Below are positions 63,241 through 64,000 of a stretch of DNA of 64,000 nt, piece after piece; the first letter of the stretch is position 1; the number at the start of each line of letters is the position of its first letter. Origin of the DNA: Squalus acanthias. Taxonomy: Eukaryota. The notes beneath the pieces are model-generated. The model saw only the letters and a list, made by a program, of their open reading frames with translations, searched no databases and was not told the origin of the DNA. The translations under genes and the position numbers were made by a program. The DNA is taken from positions 15,254,001 to 15,318,000 of the forward strand of contig CM059433.1 in the NCBI GenBank assembly GCA_030390025.1. The letters run 5' to 3'.

Positions 63241-63504
63241 CAGTATGTTTGCATACCTGACAATTTACTGGGAATATATATCTGCTATCCTGTTTGTGGT
63301 TAAAATGGGGAACTGAATTGGCCAAAAATAAGCATGTTGCTTGATGTCCTTTTGCCACAATAAACAATGCAAAGTGATTATTTTGCTTTTCAAATAAGGA
63401 GGTGGTCTTGACTGTCGAATGATTCAGAGACATGCAGCACCCTGCCAGTATAAACTAGCAGATAGACTTCCCTATCGAGACTTCATTCTTCCAAAAAGAA
63501 AATA

Positions 63505-64000
63505 TACAGAAAGGTCAGAGGAAAAGTGAAAAAGAAAATAAGAGGGGCAAAGAGAGGGTATGAGAATAGAATGGCAGCCAACATAAAAGGTAATCTAAAA
63601 GTCTTCTATAGGCATATAAATAGCAAAAGGGTAGAAAAAGGAAGGGTGGGGCTGATTAGGGACCAAAAAGGAGACCTGAGCATGGAGGCAGAGGGTATGG
63701 CTGAGGTACTAAACGAGTACTTTGCATCTGTCTTCACCAAGGAAGAGGATGCTGCCATAGACATAGTGAAGGAGGAGGTAGTGGAGACACTTGATAGGAT
63801 AAAAATTGTTAAAGAAGAGGTATTAGAAAGGCTGGCTGTACTTAAAGTAGATAAGTCACCAGGAGTGGATGGGATGCATCCTAGGATGCTGAGGGAATTG
63901 AGGGCGGAAATCGCGGAGGTACTGGCCATAATATTCCAATCCTCCTTAGATAAGGGGGTGGTGCCAGAGGACTGGAGAATTGCAAATGTTACACCATTGT
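63505..64000 (+). mobile_element. CR1 ORF2 internal fragment, runs off the right edge
   Basis: Translates as IKGNLKVFYRHINSKR...NEYFASVFT...DKSPGVDGMHPRML...PEDWRIANVTPL. Confidence 0.9.

Overview
Vertebrate repeat-rich DNA, most likely from a cartilaginous fish (inferred from an HE1-type V-SINE, HER1/CR1 LINEs and Penelope-derived repeats of the kind seen in sharks). Positions 1-29075 are a tandem array of a 28-bp satellite with higher-order duplications. It abuts a truncated Harbinger transposon. Positions 29-41 kb and 59-64 kb hold LINE/SINE fragments and several Harbinger MITEs. The main object is an 18.2-kb minus-strand LTR provirus (40898-59133) with a 5-bp TSD (GTTAA), a perfect tRNA-Lys3 PBS and a PPT. 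It carries a coiled-coil first ORF, an integrase remnant, a short Pro/Arg-rich ORF and a decayed ~800-aa envelope whose layout resembles a Mononegavirales F-like (lokiretrovirus-type) fusion protein, but no recognisable protease, RT or RNase H. Nested inside it are a solo LTR of another family, a Penelope-derived insert, a near-intact two-gene Harbinger, and a CR1-in-CR1 pair. Several Penelope-derived repeats carry hammerhead-ribozyme core motifs. No host gene is confidently identified. All family assignments are by motif recognition, not by database search.
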